NCBI GenBank assembly: GCA_964019425.1
Contig: OZ025798.1
Location: 186,001 to 250,000 of the forward strand
Direction: 5' to 3'
DNA from: Flectonema sp. DT1601
Lineage: Eukaryota
Length of the DNA stretch: 64,000 bases
Numbering within the stretch: position 1 is the stretch's first letter; each line of letters begins with the position of its first letter. Made by a program: the position numbers and the translations under genes. The notes under the pieces are model-generated. The model did not search any database. It was not told the origin of the DNA and saw only the letters and a program-made list of their open reading frames with translations. Shown here piece by piece: positions 44,672 through 56,649 of this stretch.

Positions 44672-46213
44672 TTACTCCGTCGGAGTACTTAGAAAAGTCA
44701 ACACATTTTGCAAATCATCAGCAAGAGGAGCAGCGATAACATCATAAGATGGAAATTCAATACTCGCCGCGTGTAAGAACAGCCTTCCACACCATTTTGA
44801 ATGTCTCTTTGCACGTTTTTCTCCAGCGTATTTAGCATCACCCACTAATGGATGACCTATTGATGATAAGTGAGCTCGGATTTGATGAGTACGACCTGTC
44901 TTTGGATGTGTCTCAACAAGAGAATAAATACCACCCTGACGTCTAAATATATTAAGGCGTTTAAAAGAAGTAAAGGCATCTTTGCCTTTGGGACTAACAA
45001 ATGACTTGTATGTTGAACCACTATCAACAAGTAATAGTTTTGAATCGATGGACCCAGACTCCGGAATTTCACCGCTAACCAAACAGATATATGTTTTGGT
45101 GACACGCGATGCTCTAAAGTGGTCACCAAGAAGCGTCTCTCCTTCTGTTGATAACGGAAGTACTAATACTCCGCTAGTACCCCTGTCAATACGGCTGACA
45201 GTGTCTACCTTTTCTGATTTATATTTTTTATACTTATCACTGTTGTAGTAATACTCTGCTACTTGTTCTGTAGTGACACCAGTAGGTTTATGAACCGCAA
45301 TAAACAACGGAAGCTCCTCAAACAGCACATCGTAACACAGTTCTTTTGTGATGTTATTTTTATTTTCAGAAGATTTACTTTTAACAGAATCACATGATAG
45401 AGACAAGACTGTCAAAGATCCTTTTTTTGTTTCAGCTATTTGAACTTCAATATTATGAGAGGAAAGTATTCCCTTCATATCAAGGTGGTTAATAACTGAT
45501 GATAGGGGTCTTCCTTTAATAACCTTTTGAAGTTGTTCATCAGAACCTAACTTTGATAATTGTAGTGAGAATTTTTGTATTTCATTGCAACGAGCAACAC
45601 GACCAGACTGTCGTAAGAGATATGAAATTCGATCTAAAAAGATTGACGAGTCCATTCGGGTATCAACAAACACATCATCCGAATCATCCTTACTACAGAA
45701 ATCATTATGTAGTGTGACAGATATCATTCTTAGATCATTGTCAGTTGTATTTGATACAATAAACCTCTTATCAGAAGTCAATAAAGAAATAAGTTTTTCA
45801 CTCGCATCATCCCACCATTCAGTACTGAATGCTGGGTGATCACATCCTACTGTTCTCGTGTATTGATGTAGGCGTTTTTTAATAAGTTTATTTGATGCAA
45901 TGTGAGGTAGTTTTAATATCGGACCCTTTGTTTCTAAAACAAACTGAACCCAGTCGAGGAGTTCAGATGATGATTTATTTATTTGAATATCATCTACAGT
46001 GTATGAGCTTTGATTCTTTAGTTTAACTTGGATGATACTTTCTCCTGTTATCTCAAATAAATCATCTCTACCTCGCAGAACTGTTAGTAATTTCCTATCT
46101 CCGAGTTTCTTCCTCAACCAGGTTTCACGGACTGGTAATAGACTCAAACTGATTGCACCTCCATCTCGACTGATCGCTTCAGCGATTTGTTCTTCCAAAT
46201 CAAGAGATGCCAT
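44672..46213 (-). CDS. RluA-family RNA pseudouridine synthase with a long N-terminal extension
   Basis: VHKPTG, SRIDRGTSG (catalytic Asp), KTYICLV, TGRTHQIRAHL, HPLVGDAKY, LFLHA. Likely ATG at 46213. Confidence 0.9.
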   Translation of the reverse strand: MASLDLEEQIAEAISRDGGAISLSLLPVRETWLRKKLGDRKLLTVLRGRDDLFEITGESIIQVKLKNQSSYTVDDIQINKSSSELLDWVQFVLETKGPILKLPHIASNKLIKKRLHQYTRTVGCDHPAFSTEWWDDASEKLISLLTSDKRFIVSNTTDNDLRMISVTLHNDFCSKDDSDDVFVDTRMDSSIFLDRISYLLRQSGRVARCNEIQKFSLQLSKLGSDEQLQKVIKGRPLSSVINHLDMKGILSSHNIEVQIAETKKGSLTVLSLSCDSVKSKSSENKNNITKELCYDVLFEELPLFIAVHKPTGVTTEQVAEYYYNSDKYKKYKSEKVDTVSRIDRGTSGVLVLPLSTEGETLLGDHFRASRVTKTYICLVSGEIPESGSIDSKLLLVDSGSTYKSFVSPKGKDAFTSFKRLNIFRRQGGIYSLVETHPKTGRTHQIRAHLSSIGHPLVGDAKYAGEKRAKRHSKWCGRLFLHAASIEFPSYDVIAAPLADDLQNVLTFLSTPTE

Positions 46214-46477
46214 TACTTTTGATATCAATACTGATATACCTGTTTGAAAAAAAAATAAATAATTTTTTTTTTTTAATTTCTGTTTACTAGACAAAATATT
46301 TACTGTTTATAAGTGTTGGCAAACACTTAATTAACTCGTACGTTATATTTTTTTTTTTAAAAAAAAGAAACAATAAGATGAGCTGATATAGCGAAGTTAG
46401 TTTTTGTAAATGTTAAGTTTTTTTTGTTCTGGTTAACCTAATCTCTGTTGCCAAGTATAATAAGAAGAAATAGCTGT

Positions 46478-49303
46478 TTATTTATGTTGGTAGTTTTGGT
46501 TGACACTTCGTATTTTATCGAAAATTGCGTTTCGATGATTGTTTTGTGAAAATGAAACCCACAGACGTTGTAATCTCTCACATGAAAAAACAAGCCATTG
46601 TCTATCTGAGAATATTAGTTGGCGGAAATCAACTCCTTCGTCGTACTTTATGTCTAATCGAAGTCTGCTTTGCAACATAATCATCTCCGACAACAATATT
46701 TCATAATACGATTTCTTTTTAAGTAAACAAAGTTGTTTTCTTACATAATCTTCTTCTGATGTAATTTTACGGGATTCACAGGCGTGTGACAGTACCGTCA
46801 GTCTCTCAAAGTCAGCTTTTTGAAGTTTACTTTTAATTAAGAATCTCTTGTCAGATTCTTTCAATGTAATCATCTCTCGTTCCTTTTCGTGTTGTCGTCT
46901 GTAATCTAACTTTGCTACGCTGAAGCGAAAGACATTCTCCAGATCAATCAACGAAGCAATAGAGTTGTTTTCTGTATCACACAGTTCTCGTCTTATGACG
47001 TGTTCATAATCTTTCAAAAGCTTCAATTCAGCAGATGATTTCGAAGTCTGACCAGAAGTCCAAATGTCATAAAAAAACTGATTCTGAGATTTCTCAATAC
47101 TTCGTCTTAGTATCTGTTCTCTTTCAATAGTAAACCGACCAGCGATTATTAAGAGAAATTCGACAGCAGTTGGTCGTATTGATTTAATCAGACGATTAGT
47201 TGATTCTCTATGTAGAAGTTCAAGAGATAAAATGTTGAATGTTGTTGTGGTGTACTTTTTACTAATAGCCCTTCTTGAGTATCTTTGAAACAGAGTGAAG
47301 ACACGGATTTCAGATTTATGTTTTAGTGTCAGCATTACACGATTCCAACGACTCTCAATATTGTGTCGGAAATGAATTTCCAAAAGAGGAATTGAAATAA
47401 ATCGTTCTTTCAGTAGTAAAGAAGTAAAGTGAACAGACTCATGACGTCGGATGTGATGTCTTTCTTTATCTTCAAGAAGTTTATTATCCATTTCCTTTGT
47501 TCCGTTTTCTGATAAAGTTACATCAAAATCTCTTGATATAAAATCCAATTCTTTCCATTGCAGATGTCTCATTTTTATCCTCCGTCTTGAATTGCGAATT
47601 TTCAAAGACTCAGTTGTGCAATAGTTAAAACCTCTAAAGATACTCGTGTCAGTTGTTGTTGGGCATCGTAAGATGTCGTATTGCGGTTTTGACCTTATTC
47701 GATTTTGAGTTTTTTCCATTTTAACAAATCTCGCATGAACTTCTCTCAAGATGTCCTCTTGAGACGATGTTATCCTGTTTACATAATTATCAGAATTAGA
47801 TGGCTGGATCACTTTAGTTATCAACTCACGTGAGTGTTGATATATTTGTTTATATTTTTGATATTCCTTTCCCTGTAGCTGAAGACGATCAGAACATTCC
47901 GTCTCTTCTATCAACATTAATAATGACATCCAGTTCGATTCCTCCATAACGATTCTTTTTAATTTCCAAAACCGTTGAATCTTTTCTGCCGATTTATTAA
48001 ATGTTGTTATTTCTTTATTTTCGAAATTATTATTTTTTTTATTGGTGAGAGTTTGATGCTTAAACTCGATCAGATCAAAAACATCGTCTTCCACGAAGTG
48101 ACCAAGAGAACGAAGAATCGAAATAGCTGAATCAGATATAATTTTTTGAAGTGCATCAATCACTCGTAAATACTTCAATTCGTATAAAGAAATGTCAATT
48201 TTTTTAATCAAACAACCAACGTCAAACAACGGTACTAATTCCTTCACTACGCAATCATCATTACCAATCTCTTTTACGAATAGCAAAACTGCTCCGCGAT
48301 CCTCTATTAAAATGCTGTGAAGTAAACACACACATGAAATTACAGCATCAGACGATGATGCTTTGCAGTTGAGTGTATATTTTATAATAATAAATAAATT
48401 ATTAATAACAACCTCGCCCATTATTGATGTGTATTTTTGATTTATTGTTTGAGAATCTTCCTCTACATGTACCAAGGTTAACACGATTGATTTGTATGTC
48501 GATAATACGACTTCAACTAAATGTAAAAGTTGAAAACACAAAACATCATTCAAAAATGATATAAAACTATCCAACATCGATACTAAGTTTAAATACTTAT
48601 CACAGTATTCAATCGTTTTGATTTTTTCATTTATATCGATGGTATCGTTTATTTCAGTCAATGATAGTAAAATATTAATCAGCAGAACGTTATTATCGAT
48701 GTTAATTACATCTATACTTAACAAAGATAAGAATGAAATTAAAATTTGAAATACCATTTCTAAATTATTTCTCTCCGTCACGATTACTTTTAATATCTCA
48801 ACGCAGTTCGTGATGGTGATCTTGTCAGGTTTCTTAAGTGAATTTTTTATTTCGTTGATTGTTTTTAGAAGACGCCTTCTGTTGAATATTAGTTGTCTGC
48901 CGCAATCAATGCGGAGGAATTGTGAAATGGTCGGGAGTGTTGTCGATGCGGTAGTTGGAGAAAAGATATCCAACAGCCTGGACAACACTCCAACATGAAC
49001 GCAGCGTTCTAATGATCCATCGGGTGAATTCCTAATTGCTGAATGGAACAGTTGTGTGTAAGCAGTTATAACATTGTGTTCTGTAGCACATACAAAGTCT
49101 TCAGCCAGTCCTGATGTTATTATTAATTTCTCGAATTCCTCTTCACTCATCTCTGACGAACATCCCAACAGCATCGCCTTTTCAACTCTTCCTTTTGATA
49201 TTTCATTTCTTATTATTTCTATAGTTGATGGGCTGCATAGATCCTTTCTGAGATCTTCAGGTTTAAGGGACTCACAATTTGTAAATAGTTCAGCTGTTGT
49301 CAT
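46478..49303 (-). CDS. Uncharacterised helical/coiled-coil protein with an IQ-like motif, 941 aa
   Basis: Long ORF; SAEKIQRFWKLKR; E/R-rich C-terminal half. Confidence 0.65.
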   Translation of the reverse strand: MTTAELFTNCESLKPEDLRKDLCSPSTIEIIRNEISKGRVEKAMLLGCSSEMSEEEFEKLIITSGLAEDFVCATEHNVITAYTQLFHSAIRNSPDGSLERCVHVGVLSRLLDIFSPTTASTTLPTISQFLRIDCGRQLIFNRRRLLKTINEIKNSLKKPDKITITNCVEILKVIVTERNNLEMVFQILISFLSLLSIDVINIDNNVLLINILLSLTEINDTIDINEKIKTIEYCDKYLNLVSMLDSFISFLNDVLCFQLLHLVEVVLSTYKSIVLTLVHVEEDSQTINQKYTSIMGEVVINNLFIIIKYTLNCKASSSDAVISCVCLLHSILIEDRGAVLLFVKEIGNDDCVVKELVPLFDVGCLIKKIDISLYELKYLRVIDALQKIISDSAISILRSLGHFVEDDVFDLIEFKHQTLTNKKNNNFENKEITTFNKSAEKIQRFWKLKRIVMEESNWMSLLMLIEETECSDRLQLQGKEYQKYKQIYQHSRELITKVIQPSNSDNYVNRITSSQEDILREVHARFVKMEKTQNRIRSKPQYDILRCPTTTDTSIFRGFNYCTTESLKIRNSRRRIKMRHLQWKELDFISRDFDVTLSENGTKEMDNKLLEDKERHHIRRHESVHFTSLLLKERFISIPLLEIHFRHNIESRWNRVMLTLKHKSEIRVFTLFQRYSRRAISKKYTTTTFNILSLELLHRESTNRLIKSIRPTAVEFLLIIAGRFTIEREQILRRSIEKSQNQFFYDIWTSGQTSKSSAELKLLKDYEHVIRRELCDTENNSIASLIDLENVFRFSVAKLDYRRQHEKEREMITLKESDKRFLIKSKLQKADFERLTVLSHACESRKITSEEDYVRKQLCLLKKKSYYEILLSEMIMLQSRLRLDIKYDEGVDFRQLIFSDRQWLVFSCERLQRLWVSFSQNNHRNAIFDKIRSVNQNYQHK

Positions 49304-49308
49304 GTGTG

Positions 49309-49339
<31 letters not shown>

Positions 49340-49673
49340 AACATTAGAAATATTTCAAAAACAACAATAGAAACGTGACTATGCAACTAACCAGCCTTAC
49401 CATCAGTTGCTCCAGTTGTTTTGCCTGCTGTAAAGAAAAGACAATACTAAAATGGGAAAATGTTTTTTTTTCCCGATCGATTTTTTAAAAAAAGGGGTAC
49501 AAGGCGTGACTATCAAAGCCACTTTTTTTTTTTTATTTATTTAAATTTGGTAATTTAAGATTTTTTTTTAAATTTATCAGATAAAATATAACAAAAAAAA
49601 AAAAAAAAAAAAAATTCATCCTCAAAAGAATACAAATACAAAAAAGAAAAAAGAAAGTGATCTTATTAATGAA

Positions 49674-51527
49674 TCAAGTCAGAACAACTCTATCTGGAAG
49701 AGTGCCGTGAGAATTGAATTTAATATCGAAGTCATCATCAGAATCATTATCAGGACTAGGTGATCGTCCTGCCCAGGATGACGCGACTTCTTTAATTTGA
49801 CGACTAAGCTGCTGTACTTCCAACTCAATATCTGACACAGCTGTAGATTCTGAAGCCACACTCACCGCTGTTTCACTTTCAACATATATTGAACTGCATG
49901 TTGAGACTCCACTAATTGTTGGGTGAGCAGGTGAAGCAGAAACTGAAACACGTTGAGGTGACATCCCACGTCGACTACCAACATGTCCACAGACACTACC
50001 ATCACTTATATTTGTTTGAATATTTGATTTCATAATATCTGTTGGAGAACTACACCAACCAGGAGGTGCTTTAGGTGATGTAGGTGATAAACTTCTAATT
50101 GGATATCGTACTCTAATTCCTTCATCATCAGGTTCTCTGAATCCACAGTCTCCGTTCTTCTCTTTTTGACGAATCCACAGTTTCTTCAACTCGCTTAGCT
50201 CTGTCTCCAATCGAGAACACCTGGCTGAGTCAGCCATCATCTTCTCTTTCATTTGGATGATCTCAGGATGTGTGACAGCAGTTACTCTATCCTGTTTACT
50301 GATGGCTTCAAAGAAGTGACGCTGCTCTTCGAGTAGAGTTTTGAGTGTTTCACTAACTTGAGATGTGATTTCTGATTCCGAAACCGAACGAGGGTATTGA
50401 TCAGAAGACCTCCTCAAAAAGGTTGGCGAGTTTGACTGCGGCGACGCAGACTGCGTAATTGCTGAAAGTGGATCATCAATTCTGTCTGCTTGTTTGATAC
50501 TAATCCTACTGTGTTGGTAATCATTAACGGTGTCTTTATTTGTTAGAATACCTCTCGTTAGATGTCTACTCTTCTCAAGACTTCTTTGAACTCCAAATCG
50601 AACATTCACCCCAAGTGATTCCTCTAAGACACTTCCAACACTACATGTAATCTCTGTACTCTTACTACGTACAGTAGATGATGAGTTTTGTTTTCTAACA
50701 CTTTGTGACTCATGTGGAGTATTCCAATCTACTTCTGCGCTACTACTACGAACATTAAGAGGAGTCATGTATGGAGGGGTATCAGATACCTCATCACTGC
50801 TTTCTATCATCGTTAACTGTGAGGTGTCTGTTGCTGTATTTCTGTTGTTGTAATATTGCTTATTTGAATACTTCTGAGGAGGAGTTCTAAAAGCAGCTGA
50901 AGAAACAACACTAAGAGGTTCTTCAGGTGTTTGAACTGGAGTTCGTAAGGCAGTTGAGCGGCTGAAATGTGTTGGTGTTGATTCTTGTGAATCACAAACA
51001 GAGTTAGTAGTAATTGATGAGAATGGTGAAGAAGGAGTCTGTCCTTTAATTCCAACACGTTTTGAAGGAGTTCGAATTGATGAAATATTATCGGAAGAAG
51101 AATTATTAGTATTCGTTACTACTTTACGAAACACTTTCCCAGTTACAGGATCTCTAACCCGACGTATCCGATTTCCTGATTGTGTTTGTGATGGTGGCGG
51201 AGTTGATGAAATTATTTGCGAGTCATCTTCTTCTGTCACTGACTGTTCCTTCTTCACTTTATACTTCTCAATAATTGCCATATAAACTTGTTCTTCACAT
51301 CCCCTGTGAGCTTCTAATATTTTATCAACCTGTGGGGCTTTGGAAGGATTCCAAACTTCATAAAATTTAATTATTTTTTCTCTCCAATCAACTTTTCGAA
51401 TTGAACTGTGTATGCTATTTGGGTGTGTTGGCGGCAGACACACTTTCTCTACAACAGTTTCAGACTTGCTAGGGTTTCGAACATATCTTATTGGTGGGGT
51501 TACCGGAGGTACATCTTCATCCTCCAT
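49674..51527 (-). CDS. Ser/Thr/Pro-rich protein with one FY...NP.K...KY helical domain and a coiled coil
   Basis: WREKIIKFYEVWNPSKAPQVDKILEAHRGCEEQVYMAIIEKY. Likely ATG at 51527 after aaaacAG. Confidence 0.7.
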   Translation of the reverse strand: MEDEDVPPVTPPIRYVRNPSKSETVVEKVCLPPTHPNSIHSSIRKVDWREKIIKFYEVWNPSKAPQVDKILEAHRGCEEQVYMAIIEKYKVKKEQSVTEEDDSQIISSTPPPSQTQSGNRIRRVRDPVTGKVFRKVVTNTNNSSSDNISSIRTPSKRVGIKGQTPSSPFSSITTNSVCDSQESTPTHFSRSTALRTPVQTPEEPLSVVSSAAFRTPPQKYSNKQYYNNRNTATDTSQLTMIESSDEVSDTPPYMTPLNVRSSSAEVDWNTPHESQSVRKQNSSSTVRSKSTEITCSVGSVLEESLGVNVRFGVQRSLEKSRHLTRGILTNKDTVNDYQHSRISIKQADRIDDPLSAITQSASPQSNSPTFLRRSSDQYPRSVSESEITSQVSETLKTLLEEQRHFFEAISKQDRVTAVTHPEIIQMKEKMMADSARCSRLETELSELKKLWIRQKEKNGDCGFREPDDEGIRVRYPIRSLSPTSPKAPPGWCSSPTDIMKSNIQTNISDGSVCGHVGSRRGMSPQRVSVSASPAHPTISGVSTCSSIYVESETAVSVASESTAVSDIELEVQQLSRQIKEVASSWAGRSPSPDNDSDDDFDIKFNSHGTLPDRVVLT

Positions 51528-53833
51528 CTCACTTTGTATACTGTTTTGTTTCAAATAGAATATCGAATAGAAATTTAAATTTGTGTTAGTAAATTCAGAA
51601 TCGGCTCATTGATTATGCCTTCTATTTTCTAATTTTTGTTTTATATATTTCTGTCTAAGGATAAGTAAGGATAAGATTACACTTCTTCCCATTTCACAAT
51701 ACTACTAAATGAATAAAACGGTTTATGTTCGTTCGTTGCCCCATTACATATTTCCCGCTGGGAAATCACTTCGAAAGTAAGCCTGTTGTTCCTTACATCA
51801 GTAGCAGTAATTTGCAGTAGTGGTGATAGGGAACTACTTATTTTCGAGGGAAAAGAACGGCAAAAATCAAACCATTTGGGAAAGAAAGATAACGAGCAAA
51901 TCTCAAAAAGAAATCATTGCCTTAATGACTACAAGCGAGCTGTCTGAGTAAGAACAAACCGAATAATTGTCCGGCGGGAGAACAGCTATTTGGGATCATA
52001 CAAGACCATTCTCAGTGCCAAGGTCGGGCTGGGAGAAACAAAGTGAGATCTCATTTTCTTTTAAACACGGCACGAACGAAAAAGAAAATAGCAAGACCAC
52101 TTGCTAAGAAAACAATACGAATCACACTGCCAGCTGAGGTAGAGCTCAACAAAAACTGCAAAACATTATTCTGAGAGCTCTTCCCCAGCTATAAGGGTTC
52201 ACATGAAAAATAATTAAATTAAAAAAAAGAATTAACTATTGATAATTAGTTAGCTTGATATTAAAAAATAAAATCATAAAAAAAAGATAATTGAGAGTAC
52301 TTAACGACTTCGCTCGAAAACACGATCTGTCGGCCACAGTGCTTCAAAGAAGTCCCACATTCCAGTGGAGAGCATTCGATATAAGGAGGCCTTTCCGTGT
52401 ATCAGGAAGATCTGTAAGCCAAGCAGTAACAGAACCTTACTCATATCGGCAGGAAATACCAATTTTTGAAATAAGCAGGAAAGAATTTTAAAAATAAAAT
52501 AAAATAACAACACAAAAGCACACGGTAACCAACTGACTTATTTATTCAGAGGTCAGAGACACGCTTTGGGAAGAAATTAAATTAAATTGAAAAAAAAAAT
52601 TTCTTCCAACTGAACAAAACGATAAACATAAAGCAAGCGAGTAGTGTCTTCGCACCTCACACACCGATAACAAAAATAGATATAGAGAGTTCTCAAATAA
52701 TCAAAGCTAATCTCTACCAGAGAAAACAGCAGCCCAACTGCGCCTGGTTGAATATGACCAGGTTAGAAAAAAAGAGGGGGAAAAAACCCTCTACGAAATG
52801 GTTTTTATAAAAAAAACAGATATATGGACTGCACACTGGTTAAACGGAGCTGCAGTACTAAGCAATTTCTTTGTAAATTCCTAATAAAGGAATATGTAAA
52901 GCCGCCTGACACAATTCTCTTTCTACGTCAGAAGGGTTTTCAAAATGATAATAAAAAGTATTCGCCAGACACATTCTGAAATGTCCGAAGGAGGATGTAC
53001 ACTAGCAGAGCAAACAACTCTCTTTTTTTTAAAAATAGAAATAACTTGTTAAGATTTAATTTATATCTGCGTCCGCGAAGAGCAGAACACATTTTCGGTT
53101 AACCCAAAAACAGACGTCACGCTGGTTATTATCACAAAAAGACGTGATCACACGGGTTTCTCAATCAATAAAGTTACCGAAAATATAATGCATCGGCAGA
53201 GGACAACAAAAAAAAAAAAAAAAATTGTTTGTGCACGAAACCGTGAACCGACTTAAACTGATAAAGCTAAAGGAGGTTTACGTGTGCTGCCAACATTCTT
53301 TTTCGTTCTTACAATACTTGTTAAATGCAAAAAAAAAAAAAAGAAGATCAATCACAACATGGTGGCCTAATTTGTTCCCCCTCATTTTTTTTCTTTCACT
53401 ATCAAAGAAATAAATCAATCAATAAATCGTAAATAAAATTAGTCGGTTTCAGCCAAGAAAAGTAAGGGGTTTGTGCTGCTCATCGCGCGTGCCATTCTTA
53501 AACAAAAGTTTCAGATTTATCAATATATCAAGTGTCTATTTCAAAAAGAACTGCTTTCCTACATTCCTCGCATCAGTTAGTAGTTGTCGATAATAACAAT
53601 AAATTAAAACAGAAGAACAATATAAAAATAAAAAAAAATTAAAAAAAAATGCCCGTTTAGTTAGCTTAAAATTAATTCTAATATTATACTTTAGTGTACA
53701 GGAAAAAATAAATTAAATCACGCTGGTAATGTACAAGAGTTAAAAAGAGAAAAAGAGAGAGAAATTCAGATTCATCAGGCGATCCATCAAAAAGATGATG
53801 TCGCACTCAAATCACCACACAGAACACCAAAGT

Positions 53834-53867
<34 letters not shown>

Positions 53868-55540
53868 CTTTTTTCCGGCACAGACGAAGTTAAAAGCCGC
53901 CGTTATTTCGTCGTAGCATGTTCAAATTTCCCGTCAAGTCAGTAATATTGTCCGCAATCAACAATGTATATGAACCTTGCTGATGCGAGACCTCTGACGA
54001 TGCAGAACTGATGATCTTAACAAGTCGTCAATTCACTTGTGGTTTGTCCTCACACACGGTAAAGACATTAAACAACGGTAATTGAGCAGCATTCGACAAG
54101 GGAAAAAAAAAAAAAAAAGGGAAGAAAAAAAAGAAGAAAAAAAAAGAATTTTTCGTGTCAGCATTGCTCCTTCCCAACTTAAGAAAGAAAAAGATTTCTC
54201 GAGGAGTGGGAAGGGGCGCAATTGAGGTGAGAAAAGAAAAAAAAAAAAAAACAAGCGGAAGATAGATAAGGATTGAGAATTGCCACACACCACAAGCTAT
54301 GGTATCGGGGCGGTCTTGGAGAAGCAGCAAGGGTCGAACTGGAGCCTTGAAAAACATAAAACAGTCAGCTATTGCCAAAGCAAGACCCTCGGGGATCACA
54401 TTGTTGGTTTGTGGTCCTTCCAACAACAATAAGAACACATTGCTGTCAATGCCGGGCTTGAAATCGCTGCTTTCTATTGTTGACGCGCGCTAGTCAAACT
54501 ACCAAGCCACACTCCACTGAATTGAACTACAGTAATAAAGGAAGGGTTGCAATTCGAGTTTTTTTTTTTTTTTTTTTTCCCTGTGGGAACCCCCCGATTC
54601 TAACATAAAAGTTCCCGAAATACAAAAATTATCCTCCCAGACACGGAGAGTAAAACCTGTCCAGGCGTTTTCGATTTCATTACACTTTCGTAAAGAGTTT
54701 GCTGTTCAACAAATCCGTGTTGGGATCAGCAATTTATTTTTTTATTTTTTTAATATTTTTTCTCTGACTACGAATACCTGCTACAGCATAGCCCCAGGAG
54801 TACCAGACAACTCCCAAACAGCGTAAAGAGGACACAGTGAAGTGCGGGGTCACCAGACAATATACAACTAAAGAATAAGTCGAAAATAATGAGAAAAAGG
54901 TAAAATAAAAAGTAGATAACCAGTTCCCGGAGGAAGGATCCACGTCAGAATGGTAACTGCTTTCAGCGACTAACTGTGTCTCTTTTTTTTTTTTGACTAC
55001 AAATCGGACTCGGACAATTAAAAAAAAAAAAAAAAAAGGAATACAACTCCCCCGTCTAAAAGAATCATTCCAGACTAGGAGAGGAACACAAGTCACACGA
55101 GTTTACAAAACTTGATTTCTTCAAGCCATGTATTGAATTCGAATATACGTAAATACGAATTCTACCAAAATTAAAAAAAACATTTTTATAACTCCAGCTT
55201 GAGGGATCAAAGCCTTCCGCTGTTGCTTTCAAACTGCTACTCGAACGGGAGTTAAAAAATGTTCTTTTTCTTTTGTGGAAAATGAGGGTTGGGAAGTTAG
55301 TCTCACCAAGAGAACATACGCCCAGGGACTGGATAAGGGAATAAATCTTTTATAAAACGCGGCACAGAGCATTCGCGCTTGACAATTGTTTCCTAACCCA
55401 ACTTAATTAGTAATAAGTATAAGGAGTTCAGGTTCCTGTTTTCTTTTCTTTTGTAATTTTGTCTGTATTTTTTTTTTCTTCCTTTCTTGATTCATTGTTT
55501 GATTGTAAAGTTTGATATCTAAAGTCATTCGTTTATTATT

Positions 55541-55571
<31 letters not shown>

Positions 55572-55800
55572 CGAACTTCAGTTTTTATGTTGCTTTCTTT
55601 TTTGAGTAAAGCGAAGGTAAAGTAAACCACGAGACTCCCCTCGTAGTCATCTGAGAAATTTTGTCTTCTTCACACATCTGCTATTTTAGAATAATTTTTT
55701 TTAGAACATTCACAAAAAAACATAATATGAAATCACTTACATGGCCCAGCCACAATTCGCAGTCACAGAATGGACAAAGAGAAAGCCTTTGAATAAGAAA

Positions 55801-56649
55801 CTATAAATGTATCGTACGAATTTGTGTTGTTGGTGTGGACAGAGTGACATTTGGATTGATTGGTTTTGTGCAAGAATTAACAAAGAAATCACCTGCAACA
55901 GATGACGGTAAACAGCTATTGATTGGCTGAGACGTTTGGATCGCAAATCCAGCGCAGTCATTAGTACCCAGATATCTTACTACTGATAAACCGACTTCGG
56001 CATTGCATTCAACTGCAATTAATGATCCTCCCTCTGCAGTCACAAGACAAGAACCCAAATCGTAACCAGAAGTTAAACATTGATCTAAACAATTTCTATC
56101 ATCACACTGACGTTGATAGAATTTACGAGGTCCTGGTGATGGCGTGTCTTTCACGTTATTTGAATGAAAACATTTTCCATCTTTTGGAATTCTAACGGCA
56201 TCGTTGAATAATAACGATTTTGCAATCCAGTGAGTTGAAGTAGAAGAAATAACCTCGACAGCTTCCACCATTGGATTCATATTATTGTTACACGGCATCG
56301 TTCCATTATTCGAGAATTGCCAACCAGAAACATCAACGTCGACTGAAATTGGAAGTAGTTTTTCAATCATTGAAATATTGTAGCTGCCAGCCTTCACATT
56401 TGCTACTGCTTTCTTTACAGTTTCCTTACAATTATTAATAAACTGGTCTGATGAAGAATCAGCATGTCTACTTGGCTTTGCATGTTCCCCAGCTTGAATC
56501 AGATTGCGTAGAAACATATCTCTTTTGGCAGATTCTTCTTCTTTATTATTAAATACTTTGTTGTATTTTGATTTGAAATCGTTCCATTTAAATTCCAATG
56601 AGGAGGTCGATACCCCAGTCACTAACAGCATCATGGCAATTGCTCTCAT
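55801..56649 (-). CDS. Secreted, catalytically dead cathepsin-L-like derivative: signal peptide, I29 prodomain, truncated C1A remnant, cruzipain-type C-terminal extension
   Basis: WNDFKSKYNKVF..EEE..KR..F..NL (I29); PISVDVDVSGWQF..HWIAKS (C1A remnant); FYQRQCDDRNCLDQC...GSCL...GGS...C...DCAG...PINSC (extension). Confidence 0.75.
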   Translation of the reverse strand: MRAIAMMLLVTGVSTSSLEFKWNDFKSKYNKVFNNKEEESAKRDMFLRNLIQAGEHAKPSRHADSSSDQFINNCKETVKKAVANVKAGSYNISMIEKLLPISVDVDVSGWQFSNNGTMPCNNNMNPMVEAVEVISSTSTHWIAKSLLFNDAVRIPKDGKCFHSNNVKDTPSPGPRKFYQRQCDDRNCLDQCLTSGYDLGSCLVTAEGGSLIAVECNAEVGLSVVRYLGTNDCAGFAIQTSQPINSCLPSSVAGDFFVNSCTKPINPNVTLSTPTTQIRTIHL

